Assembly (NCBI GenBank): GCA_051294375.1
Contig: CM119263.1
Coordinates: 10,036,432-10,100,431 of the forward strand
Direction: 5' to 3'
Length of the DNA: 64,000 bases
From: Paraspadella gotoi
Taxonomy: Eukaryota > Animalia > Chaetognatha
Each line of letters opens with the position of its first letter. Within the stretch, counting starts at the first letter, position 1. A program made the position numbers and the translations under genes. A model generated the notes under the pieces. The model was not told the origin of the DNA. It saw only the letters and a program-made list of their open reading frames with translations, and ran no database searches. Below are positions 1-13,060 of this stretch, one piece after another.

Positions 1-1809
1 CTAACCTCCGCTTCGCGTCCAAAGCCAAGTATGAACCTTGAACCTATCATCGCCCATAAAACTTTTCCCATCTGTAACTTTCCAGTCGGGTATAACTACA
101 ACAACCTTGTTGATCATAATGCTCACTTTTACTTATTCAACCTGAATTACAATTACCTCAAACGTTAAAACTAAACACTAACCCTTAACCTAATTTTGCT
201 AAAATTGCCATAACTAGAACATCAGTTTCAGTTCATTAACAAAATTATTATTTTCTATGCGATATCGCATAAAATCTGGATAGTGGATATCATTTGAATA
301 ATTATATCTTTGTTGTAACAATTTCATTATATGATTAAAAAATTTTATGAATTGCTTTGTTTTTAAGATAAATCTTTAAAAAAAAATTTTTAGAAATAGG
401 TCACAATAGTTTTTAATGCTTTTAATTCTAAAAAATTAATTAACTATGTTAATTAACTTAAAAAACCATTTAAAATTATCAAATATTTTTACTATCATGA
501 TTAAAATATGTAATCCTTAAAAAAATAATAAATTATTATTTAAAAATATTAAAAAAGACAATTTAGAAATTTTTGCTCTTTAACACCCCTGGCTTAAGCC
601 CTAAACTAATATTTTTTGTGAATGAATGTTTTAAAAATTTTTTTTTTAAATAAAACTTTTTTAGTTAAAAAGAGCTTGGAAAAACGAACAGAATGACACC
701 GAGACTGGTTGTTTATTTAAAACATTGTCGGATTCAAATGTGTCTAACAATGATTTTGATAGAATTTTTCTCATAAAAATATATATCTTGTGGAACTTGA
801 GTGACTCAACTAGGTTCTTGCCATTTTCTTTGTTTTCCTAAATCTTTTTACTGTACAGCCTGTAATGGTTAAAAATTAGAGCCATATTTTTTCTATTCAG
901 AAGATTTGACTAATTCAGACCTCTCCTTCAGAAAAAAGTCACAACGATTGTGATTTATAACCATATCTCTATTGCTGATCATAAGCGCTAAATCTCATCT
1001 AGTCAGGTTTAACAAATCTAAACCCCTCGCTCAGACTAGAGGAGTAGAGGTAGAGTAGAGGCACAATGATTGTGATTTAAACAAAAAATTTGTAAAACAC
1101 CAATGTCAGATTGCAAGTCGTGGAGGCAGAAGTTTGAGCACTGGAGCAATTTTCAAGGCAGAAAGTCGTTAATCAAAAACAAAAAACTAAAATTATGGAG
1201 AGCGGGGGGCGGGCCCCGGCCAGGGGGCCAGTGGGGGGGCCCGTAATTTCTCTCGCCGCCCCTGCGTAAGGCTATCAAAGAAATAAAAAAATTTTAAAAG
1301 TGAAAATGAAAAAAAAATGAAAAAAATTCCCACTTATCGGACATTATAAAAAAGAAATTTTAGCCAACAAAAAATTGATGCAAACAAAAATGTAACTATA
1401 ATAACAAAAGGTAAAATATTCAAAATAAAGGAAAAAGTATACATTTTCTAGTCAATCATTTTTTATGAGCAACAAGTATAAAAATATTAATATACGAAAA
1501 AGAAAAAACGCAATGGACCAATGGTAAGAGTTGAAAAACTTTAAATATAAACCCCCAAAATCACTCCTAACCCTTACCACCCTTAACCCCTAACTCAACG
1601 AACCCCCAACATTAAACCCGTCGTTAAAATGAAGTAGAAACAAATTTTCCAGTCCCAGAATATAAAGTATGACATGATAATATTTTAAACAGGAAAAATA
1701 TTTTTATATTCACTATTTTTACAAAATACTATATCCTGTTAAAAACTTTAAAAATTCACTTTGTTTTATTATTTGCGCTATTAACGCTTCTGTTATATAG
1801 TTATTGCAA

Positions 1810-3375
1810 TCACATAACAGAAAATCCGATTACGAGAAAAGTCAATGCGACGCAGCACCATGTTACATTGCCATTCCTCATTTAAAAATTATTTAACACG
1901 ATCACAATTAAGAAATTTTATCATTTGAAAAAAATACATACGTCAGGTGATTCAAATTTAATTCTCCTAAAAGTTGGGAGGCACAGTTCAACGTAAAAAA
2001 GTCCGATGCCACAGATGGAGTAGGAAGGAGATATTGTAGACCCATTCGCCCACCGTTTGGCAATTCCTCCCTTATCCTCTCATTTCCATGTTCGTCGAGA
2101 AGGCGTTCGATGGAACGACTGGATCGATTACCCAAATTATGTTCGATGGGAACTTCCGGTTGAGCGAAGGAGGGAAACGAGTTCTCCGTTTCGCAAGATC
2201 TCGTCATCATGGGAAGATAGTGCGGAGAAGAATAAAGTTGATGCACGTGACCGTTGGGATGTGGATGACTCAAGAACATCTGTTGAACGATTCAGTTATG
2301 GGCGGAGTTAATATCCAGAAAATAAAAAATAACAGCGCGAAAATTAACGGGAGGCAAAAATATAGGCTGGAATAAGAATGAAAACTATCATTAATGTTAA
2401 GAATCAAAAATTCAAGATATATGTATTTATAAATATATATCTAAAGACTTCTGAAGTCATTACAATTAATCATAAGCGAAAATTTTTTTATCATAGAAAT
2501 TAAGCTAGGACAGCTTGGCTTTACAATATATATCACTGATAGAAAATTTTAAAATAGATTACCTGATAAGGAACTTGTGATCCCAAAAATGGCTGAAAGT
2601 CCGGTACAAATCCATTTTTAATAAAGTCCTCATCACAGCTATAGATATATTCAGAATTTAAATTGGATTTTTCGGATTCGTTTTCAACGCTTATTTCTCT
2701 GTTGCAACGTTTATTAGGCAGATGAAGATTTGGTTCGAGGGCATAAGTAGAATGTTCTTTTTCCGTTGGCAAACTATGATGAATAGATCCTACCGTATTT
2801 ATTTCACAAGCGATATCACTTAAACTTTCGTCCTCCCCATTGTAGGATGTCGCCATAGCGGATCCTTGTTCCACAACAAAAGGATTTCCGCTGGCGCAAG
2901 AACAAAATACGTTTTCAGTGGAAGAAAATAAATTAGTGGGGAAATGGCAATGGAGATCATTTTCTGGTTGTCCGACAATTGAGCAGACCTCTACGTTTTT
3001 GTCTACGTCACTTATATCCGGGACATGGTCCATTTCACGAAAACGCTGATACGGAAGGTTCTGGGAAGATTTTACAGAACAATCTTTAGGGTTATCCAAG
3101 TCGATTGAACTGTTGCAAGATTCTATCGAACATTGCTTTTGTGAATGAAAAATAGTGGCATGTGCATCAGATGACGAATCGGTAAAAGTATTTTCAGCTT
3201 TGATCTCATTAAAGCATTCAGTTTCATGACTACATGGATGTTGCAGACGCGGATCATCAAATTTAACGATTTCCTTTTCTTGCTCTAAAACCGATTCGGT
3301 GCCAGTTAAATCCATTTTAATCGGTGAAGAATGGTTATTTGAGCTTTTTACATCTTCCTCGTCTTTAGGAGTCAT
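1810..3375 (-). CDS. Orphan gene B, ~405 aa acidic/Ser-rich protein with a C-terminal hydrophobic tail; predicted exons 3375-2563, 2279-1942, 1876-1810
   Basis: Long ORFs join in frame at GT donors (CAG|gtaatc, AC|gtatgt) and AG acceptors (caacag|ATG; last acceptor is a less common GAG). Last exon reads NGNVTWCCVALTFLVIGFSVM*. No domain recognised; start codon inferred. Confidence 0.55.
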
Positions 3376-3446
3376 TTTTAAAAATTTAAAAGTTTTAAAT
3401 TTTATTTCATGATAATTTTCCAATCAAGAGGAAAATGTACATTGTA

Positions 3447-3647
3447 TTACTGGGATAAGATCCAAATTTGTCTAGGAAATAATACTAGAGAGCACATCTC
3501 GCAGCGACCACAAAATGTATGAGCACCAGAGCTAGTGGAAGAGGAAGAGGAATTGCATTGCACCGACTTGCACCGACCACATAAACCTGGTACTATAGGC
3601 GAAATGTCGGGTGACCGATAAACGATGTCGCAATTCGGAAGAATCAT
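3447..3647 (-). CDS. Candidate 66-aa Cys-rich small ORF (two CGRC motifs)
   Basis: ATG in A-rich context; CGRCKSVQC...CGRCEMC; non-repetitive sequence between genes A and B. Confidence 0.3.
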   Translation of the reverse strand: MILPNCDIVYRSPDISPIVPGLCGRCKSVQCNSSSSSTSSGAHTFCGRCEMCSLVLFPRQIWILSQ

Positions 3648-3904
3648 AATTTTTAAAAAAAGTCGAAATCAAACCGAAATATATGCATTTTAGTTAATAG
3701 CTGGATTTCCACTTGCGCTAAGACCTCAACATGGAACAATGACGAAGATAACTTCGGAAATATCAACACGAGAGGGAAGAGGAGGATTTGGAAGAGCGAA
3801 AGCCGGGTGAGAAGCATCAAGAAAAAAAAAGTAAGAGCGCGTTGCATCAATGTCAGATTTGACTCTTAGCATTTGCGTACGAAAGGGGAAATTTGAGTTA
3901 TAAT

Positions 3905-5514
3905 TTAATTATATCTGTATTTGAATTCAGAAGCATAGTACATGTGAAAAATGTTAAGGAGATTTAGATGTTTAAAAAGCACGGTATTTCGAAAAATTTA
4001 TATATATTTTTCCGAGAAATCAATAAATCCCCCTATTCAAAAATTTTACAATTTTCGTTATACAAAAATTTTACAATTTTCGTTATTCAAAAAATTTACA
4101 ATTTTCGTTATTCAAAAATTTTAGTTGGGTGACAGTTTGTAAAATTGTCATGATTTTACCATTACTATTACCAGTGTTACCTCAATTTTTTTCGTTTGTG
4201 CTTAATAGTTTTCCCAAAATATCTTCCATTTTTTAAAAAATATTCGATAGCCAGATGATGCTGTTGCTGATCAAGTTTGAAGTGAGAATAGGACGCACTG
4301 ATGAACAAAATATATAATTAGAATTTGACCAGATCACCATATATATACATGAAACACCTTCATAGACTAGGATACCTTTGTAAATGTAAGCGACGGGCAT
4401 GAGGGTGAAGACAGGAATAACGCGTTGGAACAAGAGACGGTTTTCTATTTACAAAAGCAGCCGATAGAGAAGTTAAAGGTGCAGAATTATTGCTTCTCAA
4501 TTGATGAAATAAAGCCTCTTCGGACGAATGTAACTGACTCTGATTTCTAAACAAAAAACAAAACTAAACAATAGCCTTAGTAAATAGATAATGAAGGGAT
4601 ATCTATAGGTATACCTGGTACGCTGTGTATGGCGCCGAAATGGTGCTGGTAAGTGATGATTGAAAATGTTTTGTAAAGAGCTTTCCGACAAATTCACTTT
4701 ACTGGTCCTTCTAAATGTTGATCGATAACGTTTAAGAAGTTTTGTTCTCATTTGGTTCACTTGCGACTTAGATGAAACGGTATTGTGAGAAAAGAATGTT
4801 GAAAAGTTTTGTTTGATTGCATTGAAAGAAAATGATGGATTTTTTTTAAGAGTTTGTTTCACTAAATCTTTCGTTTCCGTTTCATTATCATCCGATGTAT
4901 TGACGTTGCTAAACGAACAAATGTTATGATGTATTAATTTTTTTTTCGTCAATTTTATAAATCTATTAGATTTAAATAAGATTAAGACTAAAAATTTAAA
5001 ATTTAAAAAATTATATGCCTGTATCAGTTGAGAAGCTGAGAAACCACAAAAACAGCTAGTTGTGACCTCGTTTCGCTTACCATAAATTGGGATCGTTGAA
5101 TTCGTGTGACTTGCACTCGGCTGCGCATGACTCATTTGATTGTGGCTCGTAATTGATTGGATCTCTCTCATCAATCGAAATCGCCCTATCATCCATAAAC
5201 GGATTACGAGCAAACTTTGTTGATAACTCTGATACGGCGAAACTTTCAGGCGGTGAGGATTTTGTCTTCAAAGCGTTGTATGAATTATTCTTTTTTCCCG
5301 ATAAACGATCTTTATCATGATCGCAAGCGCGATGGACTTTAGCGTAATGGAGATGATGGGTTTCATGACTATGTTTTTTGCACAATTTCCGTTTGCTTTT
5401 TTTATTTTGATTTTCCAACATTACTCTAAGAAAAGTAAGTTCAGATTCACAATTGCTCGTAGATCCAGAATGTTCGTCACAATGTCGGGACCGAGAACTC
5501 TCTCCCGAATCCAT
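3905..5514 (-). CDS. Orphan gene A, ~341 aa basic/Ser/His-rich protein; predicted exons 5514-5081, 4908-4615, 4546-4376, 4297-4181, 3914-3905
   Basis: Four GT-AG introns, all phase 2, keep one open frame (MDSGESSR...NVNTSDD...NQSQLHSS...ASYSHFKL...RYN*). The last exon is least certain. No known domain. Confidence 0.65.
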
Positions 5515-5689
5515 AATTAAGTTACGCAGAGAGAAAAATTAACGAAAAGGTGAGAAGGGTATCTTTTCTGAAAACGAGTTCAAAACCCGATGTTACCGGG
5601 CTTAAGGAAGACAACCCGTACGGTTATCTTCCATGGTGCTCTCTTCCACCTTCCCTAGACTTTCCCTTAAATTGCCTTTATTCTCATCG

Positions 5690-5860
5690 CCTCTTAAAAT
5701 TATCCCCACTTTTTCCTCTTCTTAGTTAGACTGGTTCGCACTTCGCTCCTCCTCTTCTTATCCGCGGAAGACGCGGGCAAGTGAGAAGGGAAGAAGCCGC
5801 GGGATAACGATGCAAGCGCAAGACGGTACAGAAAAAAAAAGCGTCATTGTAAATACTTTA
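5690..5860 (-). promoter_or_regulatory. CpG-rich putative promoter of gene A
   Basis: Local CpG/GC enrichment just upstream of the ATG at 5514 in AT-rich DNA. Confidence 0.35.
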
Positions 5861-6016
5861 CTGAAAACATAACCCCGCAAAATGTTCGTTTATGCTAAAG
5901 TTGCTCTATTACAAATGTGGGAAATTATAAATTTTAATTAAGAAAACTTAGGTATAACTATATATGAGTTTTTTTTATTGAATTATTAGCAGCTGCCCCA
6001 TATTGTTAGGGTTTTT

Positions 6017-6199
6017 TAAAGCCACTCAGACAGCAAAAATTACCGCCTGTGTTTATTTGCTAGCTTCAGAACGGATCTGCCACAACAGGTGCTAAAACGT
6101 CTCGTCTGCTTAGGGTACTAGCAATGATACCAATGGGGAGCGAACCCGAGTGAGAATGTTTGATCTTACGTCGTCTAATTTAAGTTAGCTGTCGCCATA
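6017..6199 (-). mobile_element. Degenerate solo LTR-like element, family F3
   Basis: Aligns with 22128-22360 (aaattaccgcc..tatttgctag..cggatctg..acaggtg..aaacgtc); ends ...cgccata. Confidence 0.5.
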
Positions 6200-7469
6200 C
6201 TTTTTATAACAGAAACAAATATTTTTTTGTTTAACTTTTTTAAAACTCTCTCTCTCTCTCTCTCTCTTTATTTTCAATCTCTGATTTTCATTCATTCGTT
6301 ATAAGACTGCCTTAAAAAATGATTTATTTTATGTAAATCGAAATATTAAAAAAAATAAAAAATAAAAAATAAAATTGCACTTGTAAAACCCACTAAGAAA
6401 TTTTCTTCTAATACAAGGTGACCATTTGAAACCCGCCGCTAGAAAACATTTACCAATGGAAAACAAACAGATTTTAACATTTAAAAAAAAATTATTGGAT
6501 GACAAAACACTTATTTTTTTGTATAAATATTATTTCTTTCGGTTTACTTCTACTTTGACAGGAAGTAAAAGATAGCTTTGAAAATAATCTTCCTGCTCGA
6601 TAGACTAATATTTTTGAATAAAAAATTTTTGTCTTACTTTCTGGACGATTTATAAAAAAGTTTTTCAAAAAATAAAAATAATATTTATATTGCCTGAAAG
6701 CTATTAAAAACTGTATGCGATGATATACTAAATAAAAATTTATAAGATATGAAACTATAACTATCTTAAATTTTAAGAATAATTAATAGCAAGTTATATC
6801 AATTTTAAAAAAAATATAATAAATATTCAATTAAAAATTAATTTTTAATAAGCTTTCTTGTAATACCCATATTAATAATAATTATTTAGATTTTGATAGT
6901 TTAACAGAATCATCAATTCCAGGTAATAAATTTCCCTTTATTTTCCTCATTACGAACTCAAAGGTAATTGATTAATTATCAAAAAATTTATATATAAAAA
7001 ATGAGTATATTTTGTTATTATATATATTTTTTCAAAATGTAAAAATCTTTATGCGTTTTCATAAAATAAATTTTTATTGCGGCAGGTTATAAATGGTCAC
7101 GAGGTATGTGCAATTTTCTGCATGCAAATGATAATAATTTCTTTTTTAATTTTATTTTTTAAAAACGGTTTCCAATAGAGCTTGAAAAATTAAATAAAAG
7201 TTAGGACTACAATTTAAAATATTAACAATAAATTGGTTAAAAATAAAAAACCTTAAAATTTTCATTAATAAAATAAAAAAAATTTAAAAAGTTGTATCTT
7301 TATCTAACTTTTAAAGCTTTATCAGAATATATTAAAAAAAATAATTTTAAACTTCATGCTCTTATCAATAAGCAAAATTTTAAAAATTATTTTCATTTTC
7401 ATATTTCTAACAGTCACTTAACCATTATTTATTTGAGAGAACTTCAAGTTTTCAACCTGTTCCGGCCTA

Positions 7470-7652
7470 ATAAGCAGTCCCTGAGCTTCGGATCAGGAGA
7501 CACCGTGTTACAGGCGTGTTAAGCGCCACGTCCCTTTTAACTGCTAGGCGACCACCGGGCTAAAACCCTGGACCTTTTGGATGGGAGGCGAATGACTTGC
7601 CTCCGGCACCAATGGCTGCTGATGAACGGTTGGTGGATTTTAATCCACCATA
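7470..7652 (-). mobile_element. Truncated solo LTR, family F1
   Basis: Near-identical to 39873-40057; abutted at a TA by a MITE end (gttccggcctaata, inverted copy at 13531). Confidence 0.85.
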
Positions 7653-7689
7653 GTGGCAACAAAATTAAACAATTTATTAAATACAACTT

Positions 7690-7917
7690 ATGTATAGACT
7701 TTCGATTTCGTTGTTTTAGCATTTAGGAAAAACAGTTTTAATGTAGCAACAAATTTTTTTTTGATAAGTCGGACATGTTTCGACTCTTACAAAGTTAGAG
7801 CCTTCATCAGCAAGTGATGAAGACTAACTTTGTAAGAGTCGAAACATGTCCGACTTGTCAAAAAAAAAAAAAAAAAAAAAAAAATTTGTTGCCACATTAA
7901 AACTGTTTTTCCTAAAT
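7690..7917. mobile_element. Penelope-like inverted pseudo-LTR pair (long palindrome) with two hammerhead cores
   Basis: Arms 7721-7798 and 7824-7917 are reverse complements apart from poly-A length. The minus strand reads CTGATGA-stemII-GAAAcatgTC. Confidence 0.75.
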
Positions 7918-8040
7918 ACAACTTTTAGAATTCACAAACAAGACTTTGCATTTAAAACTTACAATAATATATAAAAAACATACTGTTATCAAGAGATACT
8001 TCATGGAAGAATATGACATTAAAAATTTATCAATATATAT

Positions 8041-9973
8041 TAGGGTGGGACCATATAACTAAACAAAAAAAGTTTTAGAGTAATGATTTTTTAAAATATT
8101 GCAAGAATGCTCTTTCTTAGCTTTTAGCCGATATATTAATTATCTTGAAATACTTATTGTTTGATTTCATTTTAAAACATGCCAGATAAAATTATTTAAA
8201 AAAATATTTTTTTGTAAAATAAAAATGCTTTTAAAAAAGTTTACATTGCATTTTTGTCAAAAAAATTTTGAAATAAACAGGAAAGGTTCGGGTAAATTAC
8301 TGTTATGGTCAAATATTTATTAAAACTTATTAATATCAAAAAATTTATAAACCTTTTGTCAGATAACTGAATTAATCATATAAGATTTCTGAATATATAA
8401 TAAAATATAGCAAAAAAAATATATATTGAGTATTTAATAATTTAAACGTATTCATTGAAATCTCCCTAAAATTTTGCTTTAATTACCTTAAAAAAATTCA
8501 AATAGGCTTAATTTGGATACTTATAATTTGGATAACTACTGAAAAATAATAACAAGTATGGTAAGGGCAAACTTTGTCAATGGGGTGGGTCATAAGTTTG
8601 ATTTGAAAACCTTCCCAAATGAAACTTCATACATTTCTGAGAAAACTTAATGGACCAAAATTTTTTAAAATGGTTAGAGGCAATAGTAATTATTTTTTTA
8701 TATTTATTTATAGATGGGAAATCTCAGAAAATTTATTGAATTTTAGATTTTTAAAAACAGATTCAGATAGCTTATGAAAAGTTGTTTACACATACTATAA
8801 TTAGCGGTAGCCGACCAAATTCAAATTTTAATTGGAACAGCATTAAACTAATCCATTATTGGTATTAATTATTGTGTTAAAATATTTTTTGCAAAAATGT
8901 TCCGAACCATGAGTAATTCGCTAATTAATATTATTATATTGCTATATAATGTTAAAAATTTTTTTTGGATATTTTAAATTTTTTTAATTGATTCTGATAG
9001 AGCTTAAAAAGTTAAGCAAAAAATATAATTACAACTTTTTAAAATTTTGATGTTTTATTATTAAAAATTAGTAAAAACTGCTAAAATCATCGGATGATGA
9101 TGATGATGATAATTTTTTAACGTTTTTCTCAATTTTAACCTACTTATCATCAAAATATTGAAAAAAAGAATTATACTTTGTGATAACTTTTCATAAGCTA
9201 TTTGAATCTGCTTTTAAAAATAAAAAATTCTAAAAAAAAATTTTGACATTTCCTATCTATAAATAAATATTAAAAAATTAATTACTAATGCTTCTTACCA
9301 TTTTAGAAAATTTTTTTCCATTGAAAGTTTTTTCATAAATGTATGAAGTTTCATTTGGAAAGATTCCCAAATCAAACTTCTGACCTACCCCATTGACAAA
9401 GTTTGGCTCTACTATAATTCTTTTATTAATATTTTGATGATAAGAGGGTCAAAATTGGGAAAAACCTAAAAAAATCCTTATCATCATCTGATATTTTTAG
9501 TAGTTTTTGCTAATTTTTATTAAAAAAACATCAAAATTTTTAAAAGTTGTAATCACATTTTTTGCTTAACTTTTTGAGCTCTATCAGAATCAATTAAAAA
9601 AACTTAAAATATCCAAAAAAATATTTTTAACAATAACAATATAACAATATTAATTAACGAATTACTCATGGTTCGGAACATTTTTGCAAAAAAATATTTT
9701 AACACTAATACCAATAATGGATTCGTTAAACGCTATTCCCATTAAAATTTAAATTTGGTCGGCTACTGCTAAGTATGGTTTTCATCGTATGCAATACAAT
9801 GCGTGCGCATAAAAACGATTGTTTTAAAAATATCCAAAATGCCCTATAGCTGCTTAAAAATTTTTTTTGTTGCATTAGATATAAAAATAAAAATCCAAAA
9901 AAATCTAAACACTCTCAAATCGTTTAAACAGCAGGACGTTAAGTTTTGTCAGGATTTTTGGTCCCACCCCTGT
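8041..9973. mobile_element. Tc1/mariner-like MITE (imperfect TIR gggtgggacca) hosting nested elements
   Basis: tagggtgggacca at 8041 and tggtcccacccctgta at ~9960. Confidence 0.5.
8562..9770 (+). mobile_element. Non-autonomous DNA element X (8-bp TSD AAGTATGG) interrupted by an inverted copy of itself at 8803-9411 (8-bp TSD CTATAATT)
   Basis: TSDs at 8554-8561/9771-9778 and 8795-8802/9412-9419; outer halves are reverse complements of the inner copy. Confidence 0.85.
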
Positions 9974-10799
9974 ACAATAAAAAATCTTTGGATTTTTAAC
10001 AGACGAGATACTGAAAATCGGGTTAAAAGATTAACTTACTGGGATGGTGTTGTTTCTTTAATAGATCCTTTCTTTTCAAGGTCAGCTCTCACTTTAATCT
10101 TTGGTGGTTTCGTCCTTTTTTTTCGTGCTTGTATAGCCAGAACTAAAATCCAAAGAAAAGAAATAGATTGGTTAGGTGCCATTAACCTAAAAAAGTTCAG
10201 TCGAAATAGAATGAATCATTGAGTAGGTAATTTCAATTACACACAAGAAGCCATCAAGAGTCATTTTTATTAATTAAATTTTTTTTGTAAAGTCCAGACG
10301 ACTATCAATAACTCAGATGGTCCTTTTTCTCCCGTTCAAAGGAGATATTGACTTTTGTCTCATCGTCTCTCTATCGTGATCATTCAGGATTCGGTGTTGA
10401 ACTAATTATTAGGGTAAAGTAAAAGTTTGGAATCTAAATTTAGCAGTTATGAAACTATCATAATAGTAAATACTACTCTGTAATTATTTTTCTTTTTTTA
10501 CGAATATAGTAGCTCAGCTTAATTTGTATACAATACTACCCTTATTTAATGTCAAAATTTCAAAAATTAAAAAATTACATTATGAGTAGGTTAAAATTAC
10601 AAAAAAAACTATATTTAACTGGAAATTGAAAATCGGCTTCTTAAATATAGTTTTTTACATATGACCAACTTAATGAAAGAATTTTTAAAAAAGAATTATA
10701 CTTTCTTATATCAACTTTTTGCAAGGAATCCATGATCATTTAACTCCCATTTGAAATCCGTGTAAAAGCTTCAAATTCATAGACCTGTTTTACAGACAT

Positions 10800-11650
10800 A
10801 GTGAGTTTGTGAAAAGAAATTGAAATGGTGAGAGAGAGTTAGACATTAAGAAAAATAATACATTTTGGTAATGTATAACAAAGATAAAATTATAAACTAA
10901 AGTGAAAATAAATAATGTTATCAATTAACTACTTTAAATTAGTGAAAGTGAAAAGGAAAATTTGAGTGTGAATTTTAAAAGATATTTGAGGGATAATAGT
11001 AGTAAAGTAAAAGTTTAAGAATTAAGAAAGAGCTCAAAAAGTTGTCAAAATGCTGTCCCATGACCAAAATTGGTTCACAAGAGGTATTAGAGAGGCAATC
11101 TACATCAAAGCTCTCGAGCCCTCTTTGAACCGTGATGGAGGACGATTCGATCTCCCTCCAAGCTATGTTTCGCTTATCAAAAGCGTGGAGGAGGCGCCGT
11201 CTCCACCACGTCCGCACAATGATTCCCCTATCTCCACTCAACGTGACAGGAGGAGACCCTTGCGCAGGCAATGGGCTGACGATACCTCTCCTTTAACTCT
11301 TGCAACTCACTCCCTTTCTCTGAGGAGTGAGCGCCCACTCAAAATACGGCTACAGAAGGAAAAGTGGCAAGAACGGACAATCGCCCACCTCGCCAGCATG
11401 CAAGAAGAGGGCAGTCGACAGGCGTACCAGGTCAGAGAGACATACGAGTAGCCTTCGTAATCTTCCCGCAAGGAAGCCTTCCCAGCGCCGTACAAACAGG
11501 CTCAACCACACTGTCTTCTCAACCACTGACGCGCCAATGACTCAACTTCATCGATCAGACCCTTTCATTTGCAAAAAACAAGGGGGGCCAGCTCATTTTG
11601 AGCTCTTTTTTAATTCTTAAACTTTTACTTTACTACTATTATCCCTCAAT
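10800..11650 (+). mobile_element. 5'-truncated Penelope-like element: GIY-YIG endonuclease C-terminus, 3' region and inverted pseudo-LTR
   Basis: Peptide NWFTRGIREAIYIKALEPSLNRDGGRFDLP (11050-11190) is typical of the PLE endonuclease C-terminus. 10987-11039 is inverted relative to 11596-11649. 11425-11630 resembles 36281-36490. Confidence 0.85.
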
Positions 11651-11659
11651 TATCTGACG

Positions 11660-11910
11660 TTTAGGCTCGGGGAAGAAAGGGAGCCCGGGTTAGGATTAGG
11701 TATGGGGGAGAGGCCCGCGGGTGATGATGCTAGTGTTAAGGTTTTAACTCGGCATTAGACAGGATGCCCGGGTTAGGGCTAGGGAAGTGACTCGCTGGCG
11801 ATGTCGCGAGTCGGGGAAACTGGATTTGGATCAGGCCCGGTTTAGGGTTAGGGTTGAGCGGCAGGCGGGAGGCGGGAATCGCGAGCCGGGAGAATGGATT
11901 AGGTTTAGGG
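11660..11910 (+). repeat. Degenerate TTAGGG-like tract inside a dispersed repeat
   Basis: ggttaggg/tttagggttagggtt units. Similar CCCTAA-type tracts at ~170-200, 1560-1600, 13770-13860, 14735-14810, 43525-43650. Confidence 0.5.
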
Positions 11911-12435
11911 GTAGGGCCACGGAGGGCATCCGCTATCGCCGACATCGCTATTTGTATGAAGGCGATCGCGGAGTTCAATACTCTATGGAGGCTTATGGGA
12001 AAACCAAGAGAAAGAAGAAAAATAAATAAATTTTGTTTCTTTACAAAAAAGAAAATTTAAGACGATAACACAACAATGATATTAAAAACGTTGATAAGCT
12101 TCAGGGGCTAAGGACTTCTTTTTATTTCTTTAAAAAATGTTTTTTAAATTTTATATTTTTTGTATTTCTTTTTTAATTGCCTTTGATAGATATTTACAAA
12201 TTAACATTTGTGATTACCACGATTATTTAATAATTCGGATATGTTTTGGTTCTTGTTTTTCGAACCTTCATCAGTCAGTTTTGATAGTTTTAAAAAATAT
12301 TTGGATACTAACTTTGAGAGAAAGAGAGAGAGAGGAGCAATTTTAACCTTGATCACTCTCTCTCTCTCACCCTCCGAATTATTAAATGATCGTTGTAATC
12401 ATAAATAAAAACTGTTACTGTGTAAATATTATTAT

Positions 12436-12565
12436 TATGAAATTTGTACAACCAATATAAAAATTATCCATTCATTTAATAAATAAGCTCTCTTGTCCCT
12501 GACTTTGGACAGGCTTTGGTGGTTTAAGGCCTCCATCACACTTACAAGATAATAACATAGCAGGT
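12436..12565 (-). mobile_element. Partial family F6 element with twister-like core (12491-12549)
   Basis: Reverse complement of 18004-18131; core essentially identical. Confidence 0.8.
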
Positions 12566-12714
12566 TATATTAGCAGGTTATATTATAACGTTATCCTCTT
12601 CCGTTCAGTTTCATTCCTCTTCTTTTTCCGTTAATTTTTTAAGAAAAACCTTGCATAGGCCTCCAGAGTATATTGATCTCCAGGAAGGCCAAAATTTGAA
12701 AAGAATGAAATATT

Positions 12715-13060
12715 AGCGACTTCCAATAAGCACTATTGGTTGAAAGTAATTTCTATTAATTACCTTTCCGTTGTCCACGCGACGACATCTCGGACTATTC
12801 AGACGAACGCGTAGGCGAGACCAGTTATCTCTATAACGCACAATAAAAGCCGGCGAGGAAATTCTCTCAGTTTATCTCGCAAGCGTGCCGTCGCGATCGC
12901 GCGTTGCCGTAGCCCGATGGCATTGATGACTTCTATAAAAACCAAAACATTTGGGAAGAGGGCGCTTTTTTTATCCTCCAGAAAATGAAAAGAAAAGAAG
13001 CAGGACCGGATCGAGCATTTGCCAACGAAAACATAGGGCAGGTGCATACTGCGGGCGGCT
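12715..13060 (+). promoter_or_regulatory. CpG island, candidate promoter/first exon of the RhoGAP gene
   Basis: Dense CpG, CCAAT/ATTGG boxes at 12723-12739, possible short exon MKRKEAGPDRAFANENIGQ ending in a phase-0 donor CAG|gtgcat compatible with exon 19182. Confidence 0.35.

Noticed and set aside
3376-3660. Non-canonical splice acceptors at ttttaaaa before ORFs
   Set aside because: Better explained as A-rich start-codon contexts; all resolved introns are GT-AG.
11660-11910. Interstitial telomere
   Set aside because: Only scattered degenerate TTAGGG units within a dispersed repeat.
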